NCBI GenBank assembly: GCA_041483195.1
Contig: JBGPFC010000008.1
Coordinates: 64,467-128,466, forward strand
Origin: Candidatus Eiseniibacteriota bacterium
Lineage (GTDB): Bacteria > Eisenbacteria > RBG-16-71-46
Length of the DNA: 64,000 nt
Direction of reading: 5' to 3'
The stretch's first letter is position 1. Each line of letters starts with the position of its first letter. Below are positions 19,020-27,493 of this stretch, piece after piece. Position numbers and translations under genes: made by a program. The notes beneath the pieces were generated by a model. The model was not told where the DNA came from. It saw only the letters and a program-made list of their open reading frames with translations, and did not search any database.

Positions 19020-20504
19020 TCAGTTGTTGTCGATCTGGGCCCGCTGCAGGCGGCCGCTGAAATCCACGTAGATGCTCTTCCACTCGGTGAAGGGGTCGAG
19101 CATGGTGTGACCCGCTTCGCGATGGCCGTTTCCGGTGCCGCGCGTCCCGCCGAACGGCAGATGGGTCTCGGCGCCGGTGGTGCCGTGATTGACGTAGACG
19201 ATGCCGGTGTCGAGATCCCGCATCGCGGTGAATGCGCGATTGACGTCGGCCGTGAAGATCGAGGACGAGAGCCCGTAGGCCGATGCGTTGTTGACCTCGA
19301 CCGCATGCTCGAGCCCGCGCACCTTCACCATCGCCAGCACCGGGCCGAAGATCTCTTCGACGGCGATGCGCGCGTCGGGCGCGACGCCGGTGAAGACGGT
19401 CGGACGGTAGAAGTGACCCTTCGCGAGCGCGGCGTCCGATGGACGCTCGCCGCCGGCCTCGATCCGCCCGCCCTCGGCGAGCCCGATCCGCACGTAGCTC
19501 TCCACCGTCTGCACCTGCCCCGCGTTGATGAGCGGGCCCACCTCGGTCGCGGGATCGAGTCCGTCTCCCAGCCGCAGCTGTTTCGCGCGCGCGGCCACCC
19601 GCTGCGCCAGCTCGTCGTGCACGCGCTCGTGCACCAGCACCCGGCTGCACGCCGTGCACCGCTGGCCGGTGGTCCCGAACGCGCTCCAGACGATGGCGTC
19701 GGTCGCGAGTCCGAGATCGGCGTCCTCCATCACGATCACCGCGTTCTTGCCGCCCATCTCGAGCGAGACCCGCTTGCCCAGCTTCCCGGCGCGCTCGTTG
19801 ATCGAGAGCCCGACCTCGGTCGAACCGGTGAAGGAGATCACGTGGATCCCGCGATGCTCGACCATGGGATGGCCGACCTGCGATCCGCTGCCGAACACGA
19901 GATTGAGCACGCCCGACGGGAGCCCGGCCTCCTCGAAGATCTTCGTGAAGTGGAATGCCATCTCGGGCGTGTCCCCGGCGGGCTTGAACACCGCGGTATT
20001 GCCCGCCACCAGCGCCGGCATCAGCTTCCACGAGGGAATCGCGAATGGAAAATTCCAGGGGGTGATGATCCCGGCGACGCCGACCGGCGCGCGGACCGAC
20101 ATCGCCCACTTGTTCGGCATCTCGCTCGGGGTGGTGACGCCGTACATGCGACGCCCCTCGCCGGCCGCGAGGTAGGCCATGTCGATGCCCTCCTGCACGT
20201 CGCCGCGGGTCTCGGCGAGCACCTTGCCCATCTCGCGCGTCATCGCGCGAGCCAGCTCTTCCTTGCGCGCGCGGATGATCTCGCCCGCGCGGTAGACGAT
20301 CTCCGCGCGCTTGGGCGCCGGCGTGAGGCGCCATCCGCGGTAGGCGGCGGCGGCAGCCTGCACGGCGTCGTCCACGTCTTCGGGACCGGACGCCGGAAAG
20401 CTCCCCAGCGCCTCGCCGGTGGCCGGGTTGTGATTCACGAAGGTCTTGCCGGAGCGCGCGGAAATCCAGCGCCCCCCGAGATAATTCAGGAAGGTGTCAG
20501 GCAT
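19020..20504 (-). CDS. NAD(P)-dependent aldehyde dehydrogenase
   Basis: ITPWNFP, FTGS, LEMGGKN, GQRCTA and EEIFGPV motifs. Confidence 0.95.
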   Translation of the reverse strand: MPDTFLNYLGGRWISARSGKTFVNHNPATGEALGSFPASGPEDVDDAVQAAAAAYRGWRLTPAPKRAEIVYRAGEIIRARKEELARAMTREMGKVLAETRGDVQEGIDMAYLAAGEGRRMYGVTTPSEMPNKWAMSVRAPVGVAGIITPWNFPFAIPSWKLMPALVAGNTAVFKPAGDTPEMAFHFTKIFEEAGLPSGVLNLVFGSGSQVGHPMVEHRGIHVISFTGSTEVGLSINERAGKLGKRVSLEMGGKNAVIVMEDADLGLATDAIVWSAFGTTGQRCTACSRVLVHERVHDELAQRVAARAKQLRLGDGLDPATEVGPLINAGQVQTVESYVRIGLAEGGRIEAGGERPSDAALAKGHFYRPTVFTGVAPDARIAVEEIFGPVLAMVKVRGLEHAVEVNNASAYGLSSSIFTADVNRAFTAMRDLDTGIVYVNHGTTGAETHLPFGGTRGTGNGHREAGHTMLDPFTEWKSIYVDFSGRLQRAQIDNN

Positions 20505-20572
20505 GGGTCTTCTCCAGGGCGGGGCGCGCGGCCGCGGTCAGGGCTCGATCGGGAGACCGCTTCAGGAAGGCG

Positions 20573-20589
20573 TGCATGCACCCAGCCAA
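20573..20589 (-). promoter_or_regulatory. Possible sigma54 promoter for the ALDH-sucCD operon
   Basis: Minus strand TTGGCTGGGTGCATGCA (GG-N10-GC) about 70 bp upstream of the ALDH ATG; imperfect match. Confidence 0.3.
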
Positions 20590-20719
20590 AAGGACGGGAT
20601 AAGGTACTGGCGCGCCACGCGCGACGCAAGCATGAACGGTCCACCTATCCGTCCGCTACGCAGGCTCGCGCCTCTACGTGCCCCCGAAGACAGCGTACGC
20701 GGTAAAGATTCCCCGGGCT

Positions 20720-20929
20720 CTACTTCTTGTCCGCGTCGGCGGTCTTCTCGGACGACGGACCCGCCGCCGAGCCGTCGGTCCTCCCAGGCGATGGACCGGT
20801 GGCCGAGCCGCCTTTCGGTGGGCGCGGATCTCTTGGTCCGGATGTCGGCTGATATCCGAATCTTCCATGCCGTGGAGCCGTCGGTGCCGGTCTCGGACCT
20901 TTGTCCTTGCGATTGATCTTGTCGCTCAT
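20720..20929 (-). CDS. Small Pro/Gly-rich hypothetical protein
   Basis: Starts 1 nt after the upstream stop; contains GYQP...PPKGGS. Confidence 0.6.
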   Translation of the reverse strand: MSDKINRKDKGPRPAPTAPRHGRFGYQPTSGPRDPRPPKGGSATGPSPGRTDGSAAGPSSEKTADADKK

Positions 20930-20930
20930 C

Positions 20931-21524
20931 TCAGTCCTCCGCTTCGAAGAACTCCATGAACTGGCAGTCCTCCATTCTCAAGACCATCCCAAAGTTCCCT
21001 TCAACTCTCTCCACAAACTGGCGTTGCGTGTTCACCCGCCAAACATCTTCGACGTAGACCTCTTGCGGCACGGGATAGGACGAGGCGAATGACCGCACGC
21101 CAAAGTAACCGCCGAATCGTTCACCATTCTTCATGTGGAAGAGCATCCAGCACGCCCGCCTCTTCGAGAAGAAGTAGTCCCACGCGGATCGGAAGGGGTG
21201 CTGAATCCAGCGGGTTGCGAATCGGGACATTCGAATGTGAAACACGAGAATGGCAAGTGTGGCTGGCGAAAGCACAAGAATTAGTAGCGTGGCGATAGCG
21301 AATCGAACCGGGTGTTCAGTCAGCGCGCGACTCGCAACAAGCCATGCGACAAGCCAGAACCACAGCCCTAAATTGAGCATGCTGAAGGTGATCGCCTCGA
21401 GGATCGCGGCGCCAGGGTCTCTCGACTCTGAGGGCACGAGGAGGTCGTAGGTCTTGAGCGCTACGAACCCCGGCACAACGAAGGCGACGAAGAGTTGGAG
21501 GCTCTTGAAGGTAAGCTCGGGCAT
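20931..21524 (-). CDS. Membrane protein, DUF6338-like
   Basis: FVVPGF, three TM segments, SAWDYFF, GGYFG..SFASSYP..EVYVE; GGAGG RBS. Confidence 0.75.
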   Translation of the reverse strand: MPELTFKSLQLFVAFVVPGFVALKTYDLLVPSESRDPGAAILEAITFSMLNLGLWFWLVAWLVASRALTEHPVRFAIATLLILVLSPATLAILVFHIRMSRFATRWIQHPFRSAWDYFFSKRRACWMLFHMKNGERFGGYFGVRSFASSYPVPQEVYVEDVWRVNTQRQFVERVEGNFGMVLRMEDCQFMEFFEAED

Positions 21525-21621
21525 GATCCCTCCCTACACGGGGGGCGAAGTATCTACTCAACGTCCCGAGGGAGCAGGATACACGAACGGCGAATGAATC
21601 AGATCTGGCTCGCCGAGTGCT

Positions 21622-22110
21622 CTACTCCTCCAGCGCCGACTTGCCTTCGACGATGCGCCGCACCAGCGCGGAAGTGCTGAGGCCCTCGCGCAGCGGGACG
21701 CTCACCACCCGGCCGCCGCGCGACTCCACGAATTCGCGGCCCACGATCTGTTCCACCGCCCAGTCGCCGCCCTTCGCGAGCACGTCGGGCGCGACCTCGC
21801 GGATCAGGCGCTCGGGAGTGTCGTCATCGAAGATCACCGCCAGATCCACGCACGCGAGCGCCTCGAGCAGCCGGGCGCGCTCGCCCTGCGGCTGAAGCGG
21901 CCGAGTCGGCCCCTTCAGCCGCCGCACCGAGGCATCGGAGTTGACTCCCACCACCAGCCGGTCGCCCAGCGCGCGCGCCGCTTCGAGGTACTCGACGTGG
22001 CCGACGTGGAGCAGATCGAAGACGCCGTTCGTGAAGACGATGCGCTCGCCAGACAGGCGCCAGCGCTCGATCGCCTCGCGCGCCTCGCGCGGCAGGACCG
22101 GCTCGGTCAC
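21622..22110 (-). CDS. rfaE2: D-glycero-beta-D-manno-heptose 1-phosphate adenylyltransferase
   Basis: FTNGVFDLLHVGH, GVNSDASVRRLKG and KGGDW motifs. Confidence 0.94.
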   Translation of the reverse strand: MTEPVLPREAREAIERWRLSGERIVFTNGVFDLLHVGHVEYLEAARALGDRLVVGVNSDASVRRLKGPTRPLQPQGERARLLEALACVDLAVIFDDDTPERLIREVAPDVLAKGGDWAVEQIVGREFVESRGGRVVSVPLREGLSTSALVRRIVEGKSALEE

Positions 22111-23114
22111 CCGGCGCGCTCCGCCAGCGAGCGCAGCAGCTCGTCGCGCGTGCATGACGCCGTGCCGACCTCGCGGATCACGACGCCGGCGGCGTGGTTC
22201 GCGAGGAAGCACGCGGCGGGCAGTTCGGCGCCCGATGCGAGCCCGAGCGCGACCACGCTCACCACGGTGTCGCCCGCCCCGGTCACGTCGAACACCTCGC
22301 GCGCGACCGTCGGGAGATGCGTGATCCGCCCGCCCCGCTCGAAGAGGCTCATGCCTTCCGGGCCGCGCGTCACCAGCACCGCGCCCGCGTCGAGCCGCCG
22401 CTGCAACCCCCAGCCGACTTCGAGCAGGCTCGCCTCGTCCACGATGCGGCGGCCCTGGACGTAGCCCGCCTCGTACTGGTTCGGGGTGAGAATGCTCGCG
22501 CCGCGATAGGCGTCGATGTGGCTCTCCTTGGGATCGACGCACACCGGGAAGTCGTGGCTCCGCGCCAGCGAGAGCGCTGGATCGAGCGTGCCCGGATGGA
22601 TCAGGCCCTTGCCGTAATCGCTCACCACCAGCGCCTCGCAGCCCGGAAGCTCGTCCGCCAGCGCGCCGATCGCGCGCGCCAGCGCCTCGCCGCCGAGTTC
22701 GGCCCGCGATTCGCGATCCGCGCGCACCACCTGCTGAGAGTGCGCGATGATGCGGGTCTTGACCGTGGTCGGCCTCGTGGCATCGACCACGACCCCGCGC
22801 GGATCCACCCCGCGCGCGGCGAGCGCGCGAGCGAGCGCGCGCCCGTCGTCGTCGTCTCCGACAACCGCGATCAGGATCGGCTCCGCGCCGAGCGCGCGGA
22901 GGTTGGCTGCGACGTTGCCGGCGCCGCCCAGCGTGAAGCTCTCCTTCTCGATCTCGACCACCGGCACCGGGGCTTCCGGCGAGATGCGTTCGACTCGCCC
23001 CCACAGGTAGCGGTCGAGCATCAGGTCACCGAGCACCGCGACGCGGCGTCCGGCAAAGCGGTCGACGGTGGCGCGGAGCGCGCCGAGATCGAAGTGCGTC
23101 GAGGTCTCTGGCAT
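22107..23114 (-). CDS. rfaE1: D-glycero-beta-D-manno-heptose 7-phosphate kinase
   Basis: GDLMLDRY, RISPEAPVPVV, SDYGKG and DVTGAGDT motifs. Confidence 0.95.
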   Translation of the reverse strand: MPETSTHFDLGALRATVDRFAGRRVAVLGDLMLDRYLWGRVERISPEAPVPVVEIEKESFTLGGAGNVAANLRALGAEPILIAVVGDDDDGRALARALAARGVDPRGVVVDATRPTTVKTRIIAHSQQVVRADRESRAELGGEALARAIGALADELPGCEALVVSDYGKGLIHPGTLDPALSLARSHDFPVCVDPKESHIDAYRGASILTPNQYEAGYVQGRRIVDEASLLEVGWGLQRRLDAGAVLVTRGPEGMSLFERGGRITHLPTVAREVFDVTGAGDTVVSVVALGLASGAELPAACFLANHAAGVVIREVGTASCTRDELLRSLAERAG

Positions 23115-23123
23115 GGGCGGCGG

Positions 23124-23207
23124 ACGCTACACCGCGCGCGAAACGCGGTCAAAATGCGCGGCACCGCGCGCGCGCGGCTTGACGCTCGCGGTCCCCGCCC
23201 CTAGCGT
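23124..23207. promoter_or_regulatory. Back-to-back divergent sigma70 promoters (probably leaderless mRNAs)
   Basis: Plus strand TTGACG-N17-TAGCGT-N7-ATG(23215); minus strand TTGACC-N17-TAGCGT-N9-ATG(23114). Confidence 0.7.
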
Positions 23208-23214
23208 CGGCGCC

Positions 23215-24141
23215 ATGTCCATCATGCTCGAATCCTGTCGCGGCGCCGACCTCGGCGCGCTGCGCGCGCTGATCGCGGAACCCTCGATCGAGAGCGAGTT
23301 CGCCTTCGTGCAGGCGCCCGGCGAGCTCGAGCACAAGCTGACTTCGAACTTCTGCGTCCCGGAGGCTTCGCTGCTCGCGCGCGCCGCGGGCGAGCCGGCG
23401 GGGATCTGCGTGACCTACCTCCTCCCGCGCGCGAACGGCGGCTCGTGGGCCGCGCTGCGCGTGGCGGTCGCCGCGCGGCATCGGCGGCGGGGCATCGGCC
23501 GCGCGCTGTTCGACGCCGCGCGCGCGGCGCTCGCCGCGCGCGAGATCCCGGGCGGGCTGCGCGAGCTCGCGCTCGGCGCGTGGCGCCCGAACGCCGAGGG
23601 CACCGCGTTCGCGGCGTCGCTGGGCTTCCGCCACGCGCGCTGCTTCTGGCGCATGGAGCGCGCGCTCGAGCCGGTGCCCGATGCGCGCTGGCCGGAGGGC
23701 GTCACGCTGCGCGTCTTCGACGGGAGCGAGCGTGCGATGGAAGATTGGACCGAGGCGTACAACGATTCGTTCGCGGAACACTATCACTTCGTTCCGGGCA
23801 CCATGGAGCACTGCCGCGAGATCGTCTCAGATCCGACGTTCCTTCACGACGGGGTCGCCTTCGCGTACCGCGACCGGCGCTGCGTGGGGTTCTGCCGCAA
23901 CCAGCGTGAGGGGCGCGCCGGCGTGATCGGCGCGCTCGGCACGGTGCGGGCCGCGCGCGGGATCGGCCTCGGCCGCGCGCTGTTGCGATGGGGCGTCGGC
24001 TATTTCGCGGCCCGCGACTACGACCGCGTGGAGCTGCTCGTGGACGGCGAGAACGAATCCGCGCTCGCGCTCTATCGCTCGGAGGCGTTCGCCGTCGCGC
24101 GCACCCGCGACATCTGGACGCTCGAGCCGCTACCGCGCTGA
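23215..24141 (+). CDS. Tandem-GNAT N-acetyltransferase (MshD-like fold)
   Basis: Two acetyl-CoA motifs (RRRGIGRAL, ARGIGLGRAL) and VDGENESALALY. Confidence 0.85.
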   Translation: MSIMLESCRGADLGALRALIAEPSIESEFAFVQAPGELEHKLTSNFCVPEASLLARAAGEPAGICVTYLLPRANGGSWAALRVAVAARHRRRGIGRALFDAARAALAAREIPGGLRELALGAWRPNAEGTAFAASLGFRHARCFWRMERALEPVPDARWPEGVTLRVFDGSERAMEDWTEAYNDSFAEHYHFVPGTMEHCREIVSDPTFLHDGVAFAYRDRRCVGFCRNQREGRAGVIGALGTVRAARGIGLGRALLRWGVGYFAARDYDRVELLVDGENESALALYRSEAFAVARTRDIWTLEPLPR

Positions 24142-24717
24142 TCCGAAATCGAAGCGCTGCCGGCACCACACGGCGATCGGCTTTCCATCCTTGAGCGCGG
24201 GATAGAACCGCATGGCGAGCGCGCAATCGCGGGCGGCCGCGACCAGTGCAGGAGATTCGCTCCCGCCGGCCCAGCGCGCGTCGGTCACGGCGCCGTCCTC
24301 GCCGACGCGCACGTCGAGATCGACCGAGGCCGGCCCACCCTCCTCGGTGCGGGCGATCCGCGCGCGCGTGCGCGGGATGGGCGGCTTGAGTCCCTCGTCC
24401 ACCACCAGCGCCGGCGCCGGCAGCGGCTCTGCGCTCACGGTGTCCGGCTCCGCGGCGGGAAGGCCGACGGCGATCGCGGCGGGAGGCGCCGGGGTCACGC
24501 GCTGCATCCACACGCGCACGGTTCGCGGCGGAGCGACATGGAGCGGGACGCCCCGTCCGCTGTCGCTCATCACCTCCACCGGGAGCGACATGGAGCGCGC
24601 CTCGGGGATGCGATGCCGGTCGCAACCGGCGATCGCAGCCGGCGCGAGCCAGAGCCCGATGGCGAGCCCTAAGCGAATCGCGATCGCGGGCGGCGCGGGT
24701 GATGGAATCTGTCGCAT
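24130..24717 (-). CDS. TonB C-terminal domain protein
   Basis: N-terminal hydrophobic segment, Pro-rich linker, V.V.EDGAVTDA...MRFYPALKDGKPIAVW. Confidence 0.7.
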   Translation of the reverse strand: MRQIPSPAPPAIAIRLGLAIGLWLAPAAIAGCDRHRIPEARSMSLPVEVMSDSGRGVPLHVAPPRTVRVWMQRVTPAPPAAIAVGLPAAEPDTVSAEPLPAPALVVDEGLKPPIPRTRARIARTEEGGPASVDLDVRVGEDGAVTDARWAGGSESPALVAAARDCALAMRFYPALKDGKPIAVWCRQRFDFGSAR

Positions 24718-24828
24718 CCCGTCACGCTAGGCGCGGCGGAACGCCGGGGCAAGGCGACGCGCGGCAGGCACGGCGGGCCGCTTGTTTCGCGGGCTCGGAC
24801 TGTTCTAGAGTGCGTGAGGAGTCGAGCC

Positions 24829-24954
24829 ATGAAGAACTCGCCGCTCACCCCCCGTCCCGGCACCGCGTGCGAGACGTGCGCGCCGGCCCGGGTCTGCCGC
24901 ACGCGCCCCGGCGCCGGGTGCCGTGCGCCGCGCGCCGAATCGAGTGGCGCATGA
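24829..24954 (+). CDS. Unannotated 41-aa Cys-rich peptide
   Basis: GAGGAG RBS (24816-24821). Translation MKNSPLTPRPGTACETCAPARVCRTRPGAGCRAPRAESSGA; the stop overlaps the next ATG (ATGA). Confidence 0.55.
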   Translation: MKNSPLTPRPGTACETCAPARVCRTRPGAGCRAPRAESSGA

Positions 24955-25964
24955 CGCCCCGCGAGCGGGTATGGGCCGCGTTGCGCGGCGAATGGGTGGA
25001 TCGCCCGCCGATCTCGTTCTGGGGTCACGTCTACCACCGCGAATCGTCGGCGGACGAGCTGGTGGCCGCGACGCTCGAGCGCCAGGCCACGTACCTCTGG
25101 GATTGGGTGAAGCTCAACCCGCGCAAGCACTATCACGTCGAGCCGTGGGGGGTGCGCTACCGCTACAGCGGGCGCCCCGACGAAAAGCCCGTGCTCGACG
25201 CATGGCCGGTGCGCGAGCCCGGAGACTGGTCCGCGATCACGCGCCGGGCGCACGATCAGGGCGCGCTCGGCGAGCAGATCGAGGCGGTGCGCCTGCTGCG
25301 CCGCTCGCTTCCCGCGGACGTTCCGCTGGTCGCGACCGTGTTCACCCCGCTCGCGATCCTGGGCGAGATGGTCGAGCATCCCGCGACGCTCTCCGCGCAC
25401 ATGAGCAGCCACCCGGAGCGGGTGCGCGCGGCACTGGACGCCGTGACCGAGACGTTCGAGCCGCTGGTGCGCGCGCTGTTGCGGGCGGGCGCGGACGGCA
25501 TCTACTTCGCGACCGTGGACTGGGGCTCGCGCGACCTCATGACGCCCGAGCGCTACCGCGAATGGGCGCGGCCCTCGGATCTGCGGCTGATCGGCGCGGC
25601 CGCCGGGGCGCCATTCAACGTCCTGCACGTCTGCAAGCGCAACAATCTGCTGTTCGAGGTCGCCGACTACCCGGTGAGCGCGCTGTCGTGGGCCGCGACC
25701 GATCCCACCAACCCCTCGCTCGCCGCGGCGCTGCAGCGGACGCGTGCGGCGGTGATGGGCGGGATCTCGCACGACGACGCTTTGCTGGCGCCCGGTCCCG
25801 AGCGCGCGCTGGACGAATTTCGCGCGGCGCTCGCGGCGACCGGCGGACGCCGCTGGCTCGCGGCCCCGAGCTGTTCGATCCTGCCATCGACCGCGCCGGG
25901 CCATCTGGCCGCGCTGCGCGCCGCGGCCGAGGAAGCGCTCGCGCCCGCCCGAGGCACGGCATGA
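24951..25964 (+). CDS. Uroporphyrinogen decarboxylase (URO-D/MtaA superfamily) protein
   Basis: MTPRERV.AAL.G..VDRPPISFW.H, TVFTPL, GADGIYFA, NVLHVC, MGGI and APSCS. Lacks the canonical HemE WxMRQAGR motif. Confidence 0.8.
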   Translation: MTPRERVWAALRGEWVDRPPISFWGHVYHRESSADELVAATLERQATYLWDWVKLNPRKHYHVEPWGVRYRYSGRPDEKPVLDAWPVREPGDWSAITRRAHDQGALGEQIEAVRLLRRSLPADVPLVATVFTPLAILGEMVEHPATLSAHMSSHPERVRAALDAVTETFEPLVRALLRAGADGIYFATVDWGSRDLMTPERYREWARPSDLRLIGAAAGAPFNVLHVCKRNNLLFEVADYPVSALSWAATDPTNPSLAAALQRTRAAVMGGISHDDALLAPGPERALDEFRAALAATGGRRWLAAPSCSILPSTAPGHLAALRAAAEEALAPARGTA

Positions 25965-26575
25965 ACGCCGCGCTCCCGCTCCGGCTCCGGGCGGCGCTAG
26001 CCCTCGCGCTCTGCCTCGCGGCGACTTTCGTGTCGTCCGGGGTCGCGCGCGCGCAGTCCGGCGAAAAGACTCCGCCGCCGCCGGCGCCGCGTGCGCCGGA
26101 GATCGTGGCGCGCACGCCGCAGCCGCACGTTCATGTCTACGGACAGGTGATCATCGGCGAGCGGGCGCCGGATTTCAGCCTCGACGGCGCGGACGGACGG
26201 ATCATCCGGCTCGCGCGCTTCAAGGGCGACTGGGTGCTGATCGTGTTCGCGGATCGCAAGGAGACGCTCGCGCCGCTCGGATCGATCGACGAGGAGCTGC
26301 GCGGGCTCGGGGTGCGCCTCCTCGGGGTGTGTCACGAGAAGTCGCATACCCTGCAGACCTTCGCGGCGCGTGACAGCCTGCACTTCGCGCTCGGCGCCGA
26401 TTTCAGCACCGAGGTCTCCGCGCTCTACGGGCTCTTCGATACGCAGCGCTCCGTGATCAGCCCCGGATTTCTCCTGATCGATCGGGAGGGCATCGTGCGA
26501 ATGGCCCTGCTCGGTCAGAATCTGCCTCCCGATCACATCGCGCGCCTCGCGCGCTACGCGGTCACCGGGCTCTAG
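25961..26575 (+). CDS. Exported AhpC/TSA (peroxiredoxin-like) protein without peroxidatic Cys motif
   Basis: Signal peptide, IGERAPDFSL, L..FKG.WVLIVF, FLLIDREGIVR; ATGA coupling to the upstream gene. Confidence 0.8.
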   Translation: MNAALPLRLRAALALALCLAATFVSSGVARAQSGEKTPPPPAPRAPEIVARTPQPHVHVYGQVIIGERAPDFSLDGADGRIIRLARFKGDWVLIVFADRKETLAPLGSIDEELRGLGVRLLGVCHEKSHTLQTFAARDSLHFALGADFSTEVSALYGLFDTQRSVISPGFLLIDREGIVRMALLGQNLPPDHIARLARYAVTGL

Positions 26576-26713
26576 CGTCTCGGCATCGTCGGGCCACCCG
26601 CGCCCGACACGGCGGAATGCACGCCGCGACCCGCGCATCATGTAATTCGCCACGCGCGAGACCGCGCCGCGCGTGCGACGCGCTCATGCTCGCGCGATTC
26701 CGGCCGCGCCATC

Positions 26714-26741
26714 TCAAGTCGTCTCCCTCCCGCGCCGATAA
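26714..26741 (+). promoter_or_regulatory. Sigma28 (FliA/WhiG/SigD)-like promoter
   Basis: TCAA-N16-GCCGATAA with a consensus -10. Confidence 0.6.
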
Positions 26742-26798
26742 TTCCCGCACGCGCGACCCTGAGGTCTCGGGTCGACACCCAACGACTTGGAGGGATTC

Positions 26799-27413
26799 AT
26801 GAGGTTTCCGGGCTTCCTGCTGGCCACCGCCGTGGCCACCACCATTTCAGTGCAAGGGGGGGACAACGTCGGCAATGAACCGGCCCCCACGGTCGAGCCG
26901 CCGGCCGCTCAGAGCCTGCGGCTCAAGCCGCCCGAGCCGCCGAGCGCCGACATCGATGTCGGAGACGCTGCGCCCAACTTTTCGTTTCAGACCGAGGACA
27001 ATCGCTGGCGGAGACTGCGCGAGCTGTTGCTGCAGAATCCGGTCGTCATCGTGTTCGGCGCAGACGACGCGGAGCTGCGCGCGCTCGACCGCCAGCGCGA
27101 CGCGCTGCTCAAGCTCGGGGTGCTGCCGGTCGCGGTGCTCGACGTTCGCAACGGCAGCGCATGGTCCGCCGCGCATCGCCTCGCGCTGCGCTACCCGGTG
27201 ATTCCCGATCCGCGTCGCGTGATCGCCGGACAGTTCAACACCCTCGATCCCGACGACCAGAGCACCCTGCCCGCGTGGTTCGTGATCGATCGTCGCGGAC
27301 TCGTGCGGGCCGTGCGGCGCGGGGCGATCTCCGTCGAGCGCTTTCCCCGGCTCGTCGCCGGCGCCCTCGGCCTGCCGGCGCCCGACGCCAGCCTGCCGAC
27401 CCACTCACGCTGA
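26799..27413 (+). CDS. Second AhpC/TSA-like protein, cysteine-free
   Basis: VGDAAPNFSF, PVVIVF, YPVIPDP and PAWFVIDRRGLVR; GGAGG RBS. Confidence 0.8.
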   Translation: MRFPGFLLATAVATTISVQGGDNVGNEPAPTVEPPAAQSLRLKPPEPPSADIDVGDAAPNFSFQTEDNRWRRLRELLLQNPVVIVFGADDAELRALDRQRDALLKLGVLPVAVLDVRNGSAWSAAHRLALRYPVIPDPRRVIAGQFNTLDPDDQSTLPAWFVIDRRGLVRAVRRGAISVERFPRLVAGALGLPAPDASLPTHSR

Positions 27414-27429
27414 GCGCAGGACCCTTTCG

Positions 27430-27466
27430 ACGAACGCCCGCCCCCGACATGGGAGCGGGCGTTCGT
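27430..27466. terminator. Hairpin between convergent genes
   Basis: ACGAACGCCCGC...GCGGGCGTTCGT inverted repeat. Confidence 0.6.
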
Positions 27467-27493
27467 GTGCGGGCGCCGGACTCGGATTCGCGT

